Counted from the first letter of the stretch, positions 1 through 10,991 are shown. The stretch is DNA of 64,000 nucleotides from an uncultured Clostridia bacterium (GCA_946555455.1 CAMNSU010000001.1:112690-176689), one strand, 5' to 3'. Translations and numbers: made by a program. The notes: generated by a model not told the origin, from the letters alone.

Positions 1-1
1 C

Positions 2-937
2 AAACGCCGCGCCTTTATAAATCAACGGTTCATAGGATTTATATACCGCCGTATACAAATTTTCTACCAGCGGATTGTCTACCACATTAAACACCGTTCC
101 GCCGGCAAAACTCAAGTTCAGGCTGATGGTGTTCATCAGCGCGTCGCCGTAACTATAGGTATAGGCAACGGTACCATGCTGAATAAAGGAACCGTCGTCA
201 TAGAATCCGTCGTCTTTCGTCACATATTCCAGCACCTCCAGCGTTGCCGCCAATGCGTCCTTCAGCCGCGCTTCATCTTCTTTCAAGGCGCTTTCAATGA
301 TAATGGAATAGCACACGTCCGTGCGGTTCGCGCCCGTACTGACGGAACCGCCGTTATTGTAGTTGTTCATGCGCGTATCCGGACAGAAATGCCGCACACC
401 GCGCAGATACCGTTCCACCTGCGCAGAGGTCAGATGGTCAAACATCACTGCCACAAGCTGCGCTGATTTTCGCGCATATCCGATTTCCCAACTCCACCAG
501 TTGCCGATTTCCGCCGTGGTTTCATTATATTGATTCAAATAGACAAATTCCATACCGCTGATGATATCGCCAAACAGCGAAGCATTGCCTTTCAGTTCCG
601 AACCGTCCATAACATAAGCCTTTGCCATGGTCGTCAGCCGGTCAAAGTTTGTCCCCACATCTTCATTGTCATCCCAAAGCTTTTGACTTGCCGCCGACTT
701 ATTCATAGTAGCAGACAATTCCTGCGTCTGTTTCACAAAATTTGCAACACGTTTGTCATACATTTGCTTGTTTTCCTCTGACGCGTTTGCATATTCCATA
801 TCCAACACATATTCTTTGATGTTGGCGCGCACTTTAGCAAACTCCGCTTTTAGATTTCCCTCCGCAGCGGCTGCCGTGAATCCAAAACAACCAATCAAAA
901 GCACTGCGGCACATAGAATCGCTATTCGTTTTCTCAT
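2..937 (-). CDS. Secreted polysaccharide lyase family 8 (hyaluronate/chondroitin/xanthan lyase type), N-terminal part; runs off the window edge
   Basis: Not in the ORF track; translated by hand from ATG at 937: signal peptide MRKRIAILCAAVLLIGCFGFTAAAA, then PL8 motifs GNWWSWEIG, STGANRTD, DGFYDDGSFIQH, AYTYSYG. Confidence 0.88.
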   Translation of the reverse strand, partial: MRKRIAILCAAVLLIGCFGFTAAAAEGNLKAEFAKVRANIKEYVLDMEYANASEENKQMYDKRVANFVKQTQELSATMNKSAASQKLWDDNEDVGTNFDRLTTMAKAYVMDGSELKGNASLFGDIISGMEFVYLNQYNETTAEIGNWWSWEIGYARKSAQLVAVMFDHLTSAQVERYLRGVRHFCPDTRMNNYNNGGSVSTGANRTDVCYSIIIESALKEDEARLKDALAATLEVLEYVTKDDGFYDDGSFIQHGTVAYTYSYGDALMNTISLNLSFAGGTVFNVVDNPLVENLYTAVYKSYEPLIYKGAAF

Positions 938-1061
938 TGCTGTTTCCGTCCTTTCCTTTTTTCAAATTTCCCAACCATACCATCCACGAACAAAGATAAA
1001 TACAGTTTTTAATATCAAACGCTTTGGGAAAGCGTTTCTCTGCTTTTACCACTCTAGCCTT

Positions 1062-1120
1062 ATTGTAAAAAAATTTCTTCTGCTTTGCAAGAAACAAAAA
1101 GTGAAAAAACATGCAAAACT
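1062..1120 (-). promoter_or_regulatory. Sigma-A promoter of the PL8 gene with candidate AraC operator
   Basis: TTGCAA (1090-1085), 17 nt, TACAAT (1067-1062); TTGTTTCTTG overlaps the -35 box, as at 59701 and 62299. Confidence 0.6.
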
Positions 1121-1156
1121 AATTTTCTCGCCATTTTCTTATATTTTGTATCACCG

Positions 1157-2737
1157 TCACCGTTTTTGATACCGCTGGTATTGTATCTGCCGAATCTCCA
1201 GCGCCCTCTCTATTCCGCGCTCCCGCAGTCCTTGCTGAAACAGTTCAAAACTCTCCAGCGGCTCCACACCCATGATATATTTCATTGTCATTTCTTTTCG
1301 GTAACGCCGCAGTTCATCGTCAATGGTACCGATTTCATAGCTTTCGCTTGCTGTCGCGCAGATATGTGGCACCATATGCTGCTGCGCCTGGTTCGCCGCC
1401 CATACCCGAACCGCCTCTTGCTGACAGGGCAACGTATAGAACATATCGGCATGTTCTTTTTCCTGCACAAACGGACCGCTATAAGACGACCGTGCATAAA
1501 ACGCCAATGCTTTTCCTGCACTGAATCCATCAGGATTATTTAATATTTTATCCGTATAAACCCTCTTGCCGTCCTTTATGACAAAACTTTCATGTTCAAT
1601 GCCAAAATTGTTCAATATTTTTCCCTGTTCGCTATAACCATAATCCAAAAATCGTGTGGCAAGCCGCGGTGATTTACAGGACGTTGTGATTGCGGCGCTG
1701 CTTTGGGACGTATAAATAGAATCCCTGTCTCCAAATTCCGGTATTTCCCCTTTTTCCTCTGCCGGAAACGGCGCTGCCACCAATAGAAAGGCAGGTTCCG
1801 TTTTTTGCATATCCCTGATATAACTCTCCATTGTGCTCGACAACCAGCCATAGGTTGCTCCGCCGCTGCCGCTATAGATAGCCGCCCGCATTTCCGTTTC
1901 CGAGGTTGTCGCAATATTTTTGTCTATCAGCCCTTCTTCGTACCACTGCCGCATCATTCGTAAATAGTCCAGATATTCCGGCTGCATGGGACCATACCTA
2001 ATTTGTCCATCTTCCAGATAATATTCCGGTTGTGTGCCGAATCCTCCTGTGAACACCTCTATATTGCTGGCGGCATATGGAATTTTGGCTCCCTTTTCAT
2101 CTCGAAATGCACGCAGCACCTGTGTCCATTCCTCTACGGTCTCCGGTACAAGCAGCCCTAATTCGGCAAGCCAATCGCTGCGCAGCATCAGCCCTTTTGA
2201 AACACACAGGCTCTCGTCGCCGCGAATGAACGGAAACACATAATAATGTCCTTCGTCCGTCTTTACCATTTTATCCACTTCCGGATGCTGCTCCAGATAG
2301 GATTTCAAATTAGGCGCTTCCTGCGCAATTAAATCATTCAGCGGCTGAATATATCCGCCGGAAATGGCGCTTTCCGGCCCGCCCAGCGTGTTATACCAAT
2401 CATATTGTATGATATCGGGCAGATTCCCTGACGCCAACAGCAAATTGAGTTCTTCTTTCTCCATCAATTGTGTTGGATGCAGAAATTCAATTTCTACGCC
2501 GGTCTCCTCCTGCAGTTTTTTCGCAAACGGCGTAGTCCCAAGTGAATCTGTGCTTTCACGCAAATTTCCACTCAATCCGGACCAATAGGTCAATTTTATG
2601 TCGCTTTTCACAGGATAGCCTTCAAAAGAAAATTCCTGCGTCGTTTCTGTTTTTTGTTTGCAACCGGTATTTGCTGCTGTCAAAACCACCATGAGCAGAC
2701 CGGCTGTGATATATGTAAAAGTTTTTCGTTTTTTCAC
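1157..2737 (-). CDS. Extracellular carbohydrate solute-binding lipoprotein (ABC family 1, LplA-like)
   Basis: GTG start with GGAGGAGG RBS, lipobox-like NTGC, motifs LLLASGNLPDII, PLNDLIAQEAPNL, LRSDWLAELGL. Confidence 0.88.
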   Translation of the reverse strand: MKKRKTFTYITAGLLMVVLTAANTGCKQKTETTQEFSFEGYPVKSDIKLTYWSGLSGNLRESTDSLGTTPFAKKLQEETGVEIEFLHPTQLMEKEELNLLLASGNLPDIIQYDWYNTLGGPESAISGGYIQPLNDLIAQEAPNLKSYLEQHPEVDKMVKTDEGHYYVFPFIRGDESLCVSKGLMLRSDWLAELGLLVPETVEEWTQVLRAFRDEKGAKIPYAASNIEVFTGGFGTQPEYYLEDGQIRYGPMQPEYLDYLRMMRQWYEEGLIDKNIATTSETEMRAAIYSGSGGATYGWLSSTMESYIRDMQKTEPAFLLVAAPFPAEEKGEIPEFGDRDSIYTSQSSAAITTSCKSPRLATRFLDYGYSEQGKILNNFGIEHESFVIKDGKRVYTDKILNNPDGFSAGKALAFYARSSYSGPFVQEKEHADMFYTLPCQQEAVRVWAANQAQQHMVPHICATASESYEIGTIDDELRRYRKEMTMKYIMGVEPLESFELFQQGLRERGIERALEIRQIQYQRYQKR

Positions 2738-2960
2738 CGCGCCTCCTCCTTTTATACAATTTTATTATACCATCTTGTTACCGCACAGTGCAAGAATTAA
2801 TATCTAAAATGCTGTATCAAAACCTGAAATCATTTTCATTTTTCCCTTATTTCATACGGGTTTACAGGCTTTTTCCCGCCAAACATTCCCATGGATTGCA
2901 ACTGGAAGCGCGTGCATAAAAAGGCAGAGCTGGAAACGTCTCTGTGCCGCAAAAAAAGAA

Positions 2961-2994
2961 CTAGGCATGAAAGATTTGACTCTCTCATGCCTAG
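2961..2994. repeat. CTAG-bounded short palindromic repeat, copy A; may also terminate the GGDEF transcript
   Basis: CTAGGCATGA-AAGATTTGACTCTC-TCATGCCTAG, followed by a T-run on the minus strand. Confidence 0.6.
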
Positions 2995-3002
2995 CCGGAT
3001 TA

Positions 3003-3947
3003 TCAATTGTCCGATTCAGAAAAAAATGTGAAGGAACTTCTTTTTATTTTAGAACGATAGAGTGCCGTATCAGCTTTTTGAAATAAATCCTCATAAGTGG
3101 TTGCATTCTGTGGATATATCGCAATACCAATACTTGTTGTGAGGGAATGCGCGCCGTTTTGAAACCGAACAATCGGTTTTAGTTTCTCGCATAGCCATGT
3201 CCTACCGGGAAAATCTCGAATAAAAATCATAAACTCATCTCCGCCGAATCGTCCCAAAACATCGGATGCTCTAAACGTTTTTTTGACTAAAGCCGCAAGT
3301 TCTTTAATCGCTTTATCCCCTTCATAATAACCGTAGGTATCATTATAGCTTTTGAAGTTGTCAATATCCAATAACACAAATGCATGATTGAGCTGTTCTT
3401 CCTGACATAAAAACTTTTTAATTCGTCTGATGGAATATTCTTTATTATACAAGCCCGTAAAAGCATCCATGGTAGCTTTCTGTTTTAATAAATCATTTTG
3501 ACTTTTCATGTGTGAAATATCTGTTATTACACCAATCATTTTAACAGGCTTACCTTCTTGTAAGACCGGCGTTACATCAATTTTACACCATATGAAATCA
3601 GAACCGCCGGCGCGCATTCGCGCTTCATAAGTGATAGACTTTCCGCTTAAAATGTGGTTAAACGCATCTTCAATCACAGTTTCGTCATCAGGATGGGAAA
3701 AGTAATTGGATACAGCCAATCGATACTCCTCCGGACTTAGCTTGCTGTAGGGTCGAACATCGTTTAAAATAACGTCATCCGAAACACCGAATATATCTTC
3801 TGCGTTTTCAAAAAAAGTATATAGCTGCCGCGCAAGGTCAACTTCAAACACACATATCTTTGCGGCTTTCAGCGCGATTGTTAATCGTTCTTTAAACAAA
3901 TTTATTTCATCCATATCGGCGGTATTCTGTAGCTGCATAAAATTCAC
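3003..3947 (-). CDS. PAS domain plus GGDEF diguanylate cyclase
   Basis: PAS/PAC-like N-terminus (HPDD, WCKIDVTPV..MIGVITDI); DAFTGLYN, LDIDNFKSYNDTYG, GRFGGDEF; AT-richer than its neighbours. Confidence 0.92.
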   Translation of the reverse strand: MNFMQLQNTADMDEINLFKERLTIALKAAKICVFEVDLARQLYTFFENAEDIFGVSDDVILNDVRPYSKLSPEEYRLAVSNYFSHPDDETVIEDAFNHILSGKSITYEARMRAGGSDFIWCKIDVTPVLQEGKPVKMIGVITDISHMKSQNDLLKQKATMDAFTGLYNKEYSIRRIKKFLCQEEQLNHAFVLLDIDNFKSYNDTYGYYEGDKAIKELAALVKKTFRASDVLGRFGGDEFMIFIRDFPGRTWLCEKLKPIVRFQNGAHSLTTSIGIAIYPQNATTYEDLFQKADTALYRSKIKRSSFTFFSESDN

Positions 3948-4026
3948 GCTCCTTAGAGATATCGTTTCAATATTCTTTTTTATCTGTCATCATCAACTGC
4001 AAATTTGCCATACTGCGGCTATACCA

Positions 4027-4569
4027 TCACTTGTCAAGAGAGGGTAGGGTTATCCAATAAATATCCATCATTTTTCCGTCTGTATAAGGCTTTGTTTCTG
4101 TCCATTTTGCACCGCACGCTTCCATTGTCCTTTTGGACGTCGTATTGTCGCAGTAACACCCCAGCATCACTTTTTCCAGCCCAATTTCCCTAGTGAACGC
4201 AAGCGCTTGCCGCAGCATTTGCACGGCATAACCTTTGCGCCGCTCGCCGGGACGGACAGCATACCCGATATGCCCGCCATATTGAGACAAAAACGGCTGC
4301 TTGATACTGTGACGGACATCAATGATACCAACAATTGCCCCATCGCTCTCCCGCACAGCAAAAAATGTACTGCTGACGACCCAATCGCTGCTTACTGTTC
4401 GGGGATTGTTATTGTTTCTTATATTCTTCAGCCATGGCAAATACTCCATTTGGTCGAGCAGTGCACTGCCGTTTATGATTGGTTCACCATGTTCCAAAAA
4501 TTCATTTTTAAATGCTTCTGCCGCCGCCTGATGTGCTTCTGTCGGCGTGACCAATTTCAATGTTTCCAT
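4027..4569 (-). CDS. GNAT family N-acetyltransferase
   Basis: Start METLKLV after a GGAGG RBS; GGHIGYAVRPGERRKGYA acetyl-CoA motif. Confidence 0.88.
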   Translation of the reverse strand: METLKLVTPTEAHQAAAEAFKNEFLEHGEPIINGSALLDQMEYLPWLKNIRNNNNPRTVSSDWVVSSTFFAVRESDGAIVGIIDVRHSIKQPFLSQYGGHIGYAVRPGERRKGYAVQMLRQALAFTREIGLEKVMLGCYCDNTTSKRTMEACGAKWTETKPYTDGKMMDIYWITLPSLDK

Positions 4570-4672
4570 AGCGGTTTCCTCCTGTATCATTCCATAAAAA
4601 TCTCCTCTGTTACCAGACACAGCACGCTGTTTACTCGGCAGGGAAAAGGCATCTGCAAACACGCGGACTGCC

Positions 4673-4701
4673 CTAGGCATGAGATTCAACTTTTGTTTGC
4701 C
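4673..4701. repeat. CTAG-bounded short repeat, copy B
   Basis: CTAGGCATGAGATTCAACTTTTGTTTGCC; 27/29 identical to 27567-27595. Confidence 0.75.
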
Positions 4702-4731
4702 GAACCGCTCTACCATGATATCATCAATGTG

Positions 4732-7083
4732 TTATTGTTTTTTGTTGTGTGTTTCCTTATAGATGCCCGGCGTGACGCCAACATATTTTTTAAACAGACG
4801 GCTGAAGGTAATACGACCGGAATATCCCACCTCCGCCGCAATCTGTTCCATATTTGCATCCGGCTGACTGCTCAGCAGTTCTTTTGCTTTTTCAATACGC
4901 ACATAATTGATATAGTCCAAAATGGATTGTCCTGCTTGTGCTTTAAACTGTTTCGATAAATAAGACGGCGCCATGGAAAACTGTTCGCCCAAATAGGTTA
5001 CATTTAAATTTACATCCATATAATGCTCCTGCACAAATTCCATAATTCCCGCTTGAATAGACTTCGTATTATTTTTATTTGCATCTTTCACATAAGTACA
5101 AATCGTTTGCAGCAACTTGTCCGTCTCTTCACGCAGATGATTCACGCTATTACATTCCAGCAACGCATAAACCGGCTTCATATCGCTGAAATCTTGCATA
5201 TTGTTATCACCGGCTGCCAGTTCGTTCACAGCGCGCATGATGGTACACACAATGTCTACCATAAAACATTTCACAACGCCAACGGTATATTGCGATTCCA
5301 CAAAATTGCTCTGGAACACTTTATCCAAAACATATTTTGCACGTTCATAGTCGCCGTCTTGAATGGCTTCAATCAAATTTTGTTCATCTTTCAAAGAATA
5401 TTGATATAGACGCGAATCGGGTGCATCACCAATATCCGCATAACAAGGATATCCGGGTGCGTCCATCACCTGTTTATATTCCATTGCTTCCAGCGCTTCA
5501 ATATAGGAGGTCTGGATTTGGTTCACATTTTGATATCCGGTTCCATAAGCGGCCGCTGTATACATATGAAAATGCTGCATCGTTGCCTCACAAACCGATG
5601 CTGTCAGAGCACGCGCCGTTTCTTTCCAGTCCCGCGGCGCATCTGGTGCAGTTTCCAGCAAGCAAACCACCATATCTTCAATTTCCGCCACATGACCTGC
5701 CGCCATTTGTCCGCTCAAGTCCTCTACGATATTGGAGAGAATATATTGTGATAAACGAAAACGTTCTTTTTCCGTGATGTCGGTATCCTCTATGAAAAGT
5801 TCTGAAATATCCTCGTTGCTAAATACAACTACGGTAAAAATACCATTTCCCAACAGGATTCCAACGTTTTTTAATTTTTGATATGCTTCCGCTGCATTTT
5901 CAAATTTGCCTTTCAGAAGTTTTATCAATGCTTCCGTTTTCATGTTATTCTTTTGCTGTCTTAATGTACTGGCAATATAGGTTTTTTCTTTCAGCAAGTC
6001 CTTCATGGTATCTTGAATATAATAATATTCATTTTTTGTCCCGCTATATTCTTCTCCGGAGTTTTCCGCAATGGAATGAATCAATTCTTTAATGGGATTA
6101 TAGCTGTTTTTCATGAAATAGTAGGCAATGATTAGCTGCAACAAAACCACTAAAGCTATCGACCAAATACTAATGTTGCGCAGTCTTGCCAGTTTGTTCC
6201 AAAAAATATTTGCACGCACGCAGGAAACCACTTTCCAGCCATGCACCCCAATATCTGCATAGGTTTCCACCATTTTTTTGCCTTCCACATTATGATAGAG
6301 CGTACCTTCCGGTTCTGTCATGTCGACATAACGGATTTGCTGCGGCAAGTTGCTTTGTCCGTATTGACAAATCAGTTTATCCCCTTCTCCCAACACATAG
6401 ATGGTTTCATGTTCGGCAATTTGGCTATCGTCCACATCCAGCAATATCTTTTCTTTTACCTGTACGCCCACTACTGCCGTCTTGTGATAACGGTTTGATA
6501 TAGGAAGCTGTTGTCCAAATTCCAATCGCGCCTGCGCGTCCGTTCTTTCCCGCCGATGAATTTGATATGCATTGTCACTTTCTTCCAGCAAGCTGTTCTT
6601 CCACTGTGCGAACGTTATTGTTCCATCTGCTATGTAACGTTCAAAAAAACGCGAAGCAGATAACGCTTCCTGCGGTGTTACCACCATGTCGCTGTTCCTG
6701 AAATATACAAACACGATATCTGTAAAATTAATACCGTTGACATAGTTTCTTATGTTATCCATAGCTTGCATCATTTGATAACTTTTTTCGCCTTCTATCG
6801 GGCCTTCTACTTCTAAAAACTTTAGTACCTGTGGGTCAAGCGATATTCCCACTAATATTTTGTCTATTGTATCAAGTTTTGCGCGCATACCTTTTTTTAA
6901 ACTGTTCAAATTCAACTGGGCATAGTGTGCAACCTCTGTTTCCACTTCTGTATAAATTTGCATATAGCTGATAGCACTAATACTAATTTGAACCACAATT
7001 AACAAAACATAGGACAATATCCAAGTGAACAAAATGCTTTTTTTCTGAAAAATTGCTTGAAATGAATACCGCTTTTTGTTCAT
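4732..7083 (-). CDS. Membrane-spanning AraC-family regulator (YesS-like; two TM helices around an extracellular sensor domain)
   Basis: TM1 ILFTWILSYVLLIVVQ, TM2 IWSIALVVLLQLIIAYY; C-terminal HTH YLSKQFK..YINYVRIEKAKELL..VGYSGRITFSRLFKKYVGVTPG; start MNKK after a GGAGG RBS. Confidence 0.88.
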   Translation of the reverse strand: MNKKRYSFQAIFQKKSILFTWILSYVLLIVVQISISAISYMQIYTEVETEVAHYAQLNLNSLKKGMRAKLDTIDKILVGISLDPQVLKFLEVEGPIEGEKSYQMMQAMDNIRNYVNGINFTDIVFVYFRNSDMVVTPQEALSASRFFERYIADGTITFAQWKNSLLEESDNAYQIHRRERTDAQARLEFGQQLPISNRYHKTAVVGVQVKEKILLDVDDSQIAEHETIYVLGEGDKLICQYGQSNLPQQIRYVDMTEPEGTLYHNVEGKKMVETYADIGVHGWKVVSCVRANIFWNKLARLRNISIWSIALVVLLQLIIAYYFMKNSYNPIKELIHSIAENSGEEYSGTKNEYYYIQDTMKDLLKEKTYIASTLRQQKNNMKTEALIKLLKGKFENAAEAYQKLKNVGILLGNGIFTVVVFSNEDISELFIEDTDITEKERFRLSQYILSNIVEDLSGQMAAGHVAEIEDMVVCLLETAPDAPRDWKETARALTASVCEATMQHFHMYTAAAYGTGYQNVNQIQTSYIEALEAMEYKQVMDAPGYPCYADIGDAPDSRLYQYSLKDEQNLIEAIQDGDYERAKYVLDKVFQSNFVESQYTVGVVKCFMVDIVCTIMRAVNELAAGDNNMQDFSDMKPVYALLECNSVNHLREETDKLLQTICTYVKDANKNNTKSIQAGIMEFVQEHYMDVNLNVTYLGEQFSMAPSYLSKQFKAQAGQSILDYINYVRIEKAKELLSSQPDANMEQIAAEVGYSGRITFSRLFKKYVGVTPGIYKETHNKKQ

Positions 7084-7322
7084 CTCTTTTCCTCCTGTTC
7101 TTATCACAAGATTACATATATTCCCCCACTGTTTTCACCCTCTGTTAAACAAAACAATCCTTTCCTATGATTCTTTCTTGCCGTGCAATGTCTCCTTTGC
7201 CTAATGGGCGGCTTTTTGGCAAATGCGGAAACGGACGCTCTTTTCCAAGGGAGATTTTTTCGATTATCCTATTGCCGCTGATACAGTCCCATATTACTAT
7301 TCTCGCGGCTGATGCTATTAAT

Positions 7323-7351
7323 AGTCTATCATAATCTATTCCCTCTGTCAA
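7323..7351 (-). promoter_or_regulatory. Sigma-A promoter of the AraC gene (about 230-nt 5' leader)
   Basis: TTGACA, 17 nt, TAGACT with extended TG. Confidence 0.55.
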
Positions 7352-7820
7352 TATTACAAAACTGTTCCAGCCGGCATCTTATTTATAATGCTACAACTTA
7401 TAAAATTACAACCCGACATCTATTGTAAACTATAATAACATTTTTTCAGTTCACATCACAAAGCCACATTTCACACCGGCAGATTCTTTTTTAATGTTTT
7501 CTTGATTCTCTTTTTATAGCATTCTGCTGCGACTTAAAGTCTGTTTCTCCTACGCTTATTTTTTATGGGCATGAAAAGAGCTGGATAATGTATGTATCTC
7601 CTGTCTCATATTACCCACCTCTTTGATGATCTGGTTTCACTTATCTATATAGCGATATAGGCAAATGCGGCAGATTGCATTTAGTATCTTGCTTTACTTG
7701 TCTATATCAGCATCAGCAAACCTGTCAAATCCGTTTTTCCATTTTCCTTTTCCATGGGTGAGCATATATACCTTTATAAGAGAAGGCGGCATATAGCAGA
7801 TAATTTTTATCTGATATAGC

Positions 7821-7853
7821 AAAAAAAGCTGCCGCAAAGCGGCAGCTTTTTTT
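7821..7853. terminator. Bidirectional rho-independent terminator of the S-layer gene
   Basis: AAAAAAAGCTGCCGC-AAA-GCGGCAGCTTTTTTT. Confidence 0.9.
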
Positions 7854-7878
7854 ATAATCATATGACAACTGTCATATC

Positions 7879-10800
7879 TTATTTTGTTTTAATGATAACA
7901 GCGTCTTTTGCGATATCTTCGATAACACGAACGAATACGTAGTCACCAGCAACATCGCCGCCTACTTCTCTATCGTAGTCCAGATCGCCCAGGTCACTTT
8001 CAACGATTCTCGGGTCTCTGCCTTCAAATTTGTCGAATACTGTAACATTTGCATTTCTGAATGTTACATCAATATAATCAGAGAAGCTTTCATCATCTGT
8101 GTCCGCAGCATCATTTTTCACCAGTTTTACAGAACTGTTGCGCAGATCTCTTGCATAACCGAAATAGAATTTAACGTTATCTTTATTCGGTGCTGTATCC
8201 AGCAATTTGTCTTCGCCTACAATGGAATCTGTGATATCCAAAGTAGCTGGCGTTTTGATGTTGTTGCTACCATCAAACTGATCTGCTACAGAGAAGATTT
8301 TTGCAATCGCTCTCAGTTCGTCGCCAGCGCCGCTCTGGTAAACCACAACGTCACCTTTTGCGAAGTTCGCAGATTTTACTACATTGCCTGCAGCATCCAG
8401 ACTGAATCTATCAGTGTCATCGCCAACCAATACGTTAACTTCTTCACCGTTCATCAGACCAGTCAGTCTTATTACGTTGTCGCCGTTTGCATTTGTTGTG
8501 CTAGATACACCTGTGATAACCATCATGTTGGAATTTGCAACCAATGCATTAACAAGGTTCTGACCAACAATCATTTTTGCCTGACTGTCATCGTCACAGT
8601 TAATTGCATATGCGCTAATTTCCTGACTGTCTACCAGTGCATCTTTCTTCATAACAGTGATATCGTTTTCGTCCAGAGCTGTTGTCAAATCGTCAACATC
8701 AATGCTGAACAACAGAGTTTTGTCAGTCATATAAACGCCCGCAGCAGCATCTGTATTCACATTATAGGTAGCTGCTTTAATCTGGAATGCAGTATATGCA
8801 TATCCGTCATCACGCAGTGTTTTAGAACGACGCGGTTCCAGATTCAGTTTGTAGATTTTGCCATCAGAGTTCAGGTCATAAGCTACCGGTGCATTTACAA
8901 TGTAGTTGCCAGTAGTATTTTCACCATTCATCTCCGGTACAATATCTTTCAAAGTAAATGTACCATCTTCGTTGGTATCTGCAGTGATATCCAATACATC
9001 ATAATCTGTCGGAACCAGACTATCAGATGTTGTAGAAGTATCAGCTTCGTTGATGGTTACTCTGTTTGCAAATTCATAAACTACGAATTCGCCTTCTTCG
9101 TTCATCATCTGAATCTGTTTTGTTGTGCTAATTCCGCTACCTTGACCAATCTTGGTTGCGAAACCAACTTTCATGTTGTTTACGATAGCGGATTTATCCA
9201 TGTAGAAGATATTTCCTCTAGCGTTGATATAGAATACAGCCGATGTATTTGTTCTCAGCTGATCAAAGCTAATTCCACCATTGTTGGTTTCAACTTTGTA
9301 AGATTTACCGTCAACAGTGATTTCTTTGTCAGAATCGCTGATTTCAGTGATTTTACCTTCAACTTTGTTGTCCATAACAACAACTTTACCAGTAATCATT
9401 TTGTTGTCTTCAACGATACCTTTTCTGATGCTCAAAACAGAACCTGTTTTGATATCTTCAAATTTAGCTTCTGTGCCGTCTGCATTTTCGATTGTGAAAG
9501 AAGCATTTCTTTCAGTCGGATCCAGATACAGTGCACCAGCATTGTTTTTGGATGTTACTCTGTAGGTGTTAGCATTCACCATATCAACAACCATGTCGGT
9601 GTAGAAATCAATGTATGCAACATCATATTCAGAATCTGTATCATTGTTCAGTAATTCTACATCAAAGCCCAGATCATTTTCCAAAGCTTCATCAATCAAT
9701 TTTGCAAATACATCCATTGCTTCGTCGCTAGAATCAATAGAAATGCCTTTCAAAATTGCTTCAACACTGGAACGACCGTTTGTAAAGCTGATATCGTTTA
9801 CATACAGAGAGAATTCTTTCGGATCCAGAGTTGCTCTTGTGTAAGAACTGCTGTTTTCAGCATTGTCATAGAAAGAAACTTCCGGAGTAGCTTTTGTCAT
9901 GTCAGTATATCTGGAATAGATATCTTCGCTTGCAAATTTTACTTCTTCAATTCTGCTTGTTTTTTCAACAATCGCTTTGATTACTACATCGTCATCATAA
10001 GCGCCTTCCAGATAAGCGATAACCGGTTTGTTCAGATAAGACTGAGCGTCGGTTGTGCCAACAGAAACTTTGTCTTCAACCCATGTCAGGTCAGAATAAG
10101 TTGTGCTAGCAGCCGGGTCGGAAATCATCAGTTTGCCATCATATGCAATGTAGTGTTTGTTGACACGCAGACGAACCTGGTCGGGCTGCAGAGCATTGCT
10201 GCTACCTGTGCTTCCCGGGATTTCCAGGATAGTAGCTTCAACTTTTGTCAGACCCAGAGAATCCAACAGGATTTTGTCGCCAGGCTGATACTGAACAGAA
10301 CCTGTTCCGTAGGAAACCTGTTCCATCAACGGTACATCCAAAGAGTTGTAAGCCAGTCTTGCAACAGTTCCACGGTTAGCGATTGCACCTGTTGCACCAG
10401 AAACACCTTTTGTGATGTTTGTCTGGGAAGCAACTGTTAAATAACCAACCGGATAACCCATGGATTCAGCCTGCGGGCCATAACCCAGAGCTGCAACTAC
10501 CATTTTAACTGCTTCTTCAAATTTTACGTTTTCTTCGGGCAGGAACAGACCGCCGCCGACACCATTGATGATGCCCTGCTGGGAAGCCATGTTAATATAT
10601 CCACTTGCCCAGGAATCAGCAGGAACGTCAGAGAAAATGGTTTGTCCTTTTGCACTGTTCGCTGCATCTTCCAATCCTTTGATACGGCATACAATTGCAG
10701 CAAATTCTGCTCTTGTAATGTTGCCTTCCGGTTTTACTGTTCCATCGTCATATCCTTTCAGGATACCCAGATCAGCCAATACCGATACTGCTTCTGCGTA

Positions 10801-10905
10801 GCTTGCAGTTTTGTCCAGATCAGAGAAAGAAGCCGCAAATGCGTTCGTTCCAATGATCATCGCAAAAGCAAGAACTACGGCAAGAACCTTTTTCAGATTC
10901 TTCAT
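7879..10905 (-). CDS. Probable major S-layer protein with N-terminal SLH domains
   Basis: Signal peptide MKNLKKVLAVVLAFAMIIGTNAFA; SLH motifs GILKGYDDG..ITRAEFA, FSDVPADSWASGYI, ANRGTVA; acidic body; strongly biased codons; AAGGAGG RBS, tandem promoters and its own terminator. Confidence 0.85.
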   Translation of the reverse strand: MKNLKKVLAVVLAFAMIIGTNAFAASFSDLDKTASYAEAVSVLADLGILKGYDDGTVKPEGNITRAEFAAIVCRIKGLEDAANSAKGQTIFSDVPADSWASGYINMASQQGIINGVGGGLFLPEENVKFEEAVKMVVAALGYGPQAESMGYPVGYLTVASQTNITKGVSGATGAIANRGTVARLAYNSLDVPLMEQVSYGTGSVQYQPGDKILLDSLGLTKVEATILEIPGSTGSSNALQPDQVRLRVNKHYIAYDGKLMISDPAASTTYSDLTWVEDKVSVGTTDAQSYLNKPVIAYLEGAYDDDVVIKAIVEKTSRIEEVKFASEDIYSRYTDMTKATPEVSFYDNAENSSSYTRATLDPKEFSLYVNDISFTNGRSSVEAILKGISIDSSDEAMDVFAKLIDEALENDLGFDVELLNNDTDSEYDVAYIDFYTDMVVDMVNANTYRVTSKNNAGALYLDPTERNASFTIENADGTEAKFEDIKTGSVLSIRKGIVEDNKMITGKVVVMDNKVEGKITEISDSDKEITVDGKSYKVETNNGGISFDQLRTNTSAVFYINARGNIFYMDKSAIVNNMKVGFATKIGQGSGISTTKQIQMMNEEGEFVVYEFANRVTINEADTSTTSDSLVPTDYDVLDITADTNEDGTFTLKDIVPEMNGENTTGNYIVNAPVAYDLNSDGKIYKLNLEPRRSKTLRDDGYAYTAFQIKAATYNVNTDAAAGVYMTDKTLLFSIDVDDLTTALDENDITVMKKDALVDSQEISAYAINCDDDSQAKMIVGQNLVNALVANSNMMVITGVSSTTNANGDNVIRLTGLMNGEEVNVLVGDDTDRFSLDAAGNVVKSANFAKGDVVVYQSGAGDELRAIAKIFSVADQFDGSNNIKTPATLDITDSIVGEDKLLDTAPNKDNVKFYFGYARDLRNSSVKLVKNDAADTDDESFSDYIDVTFRNANVTVFDKFEGRDPRIVESDLGDLDYDREVGGDVAGDYVFVRVIEDIAKDAVIIKTK

Positions 10906-10991
10906 TGTAAATTCCTCCTTATTGATAAAAAAATTCTCCACCTATGTAAAGGCGTTGGCATACAAGCTACCCGCCTAATGCCGATATGGTG

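Noticed and set aside
7218-7260. GGCAAA..GGAAA..GACGC resembling a c-di-GMP-I riboswitch
   Set aside because: Stems do not form, the second hairpin is missing and it faces away from the adjacent gene
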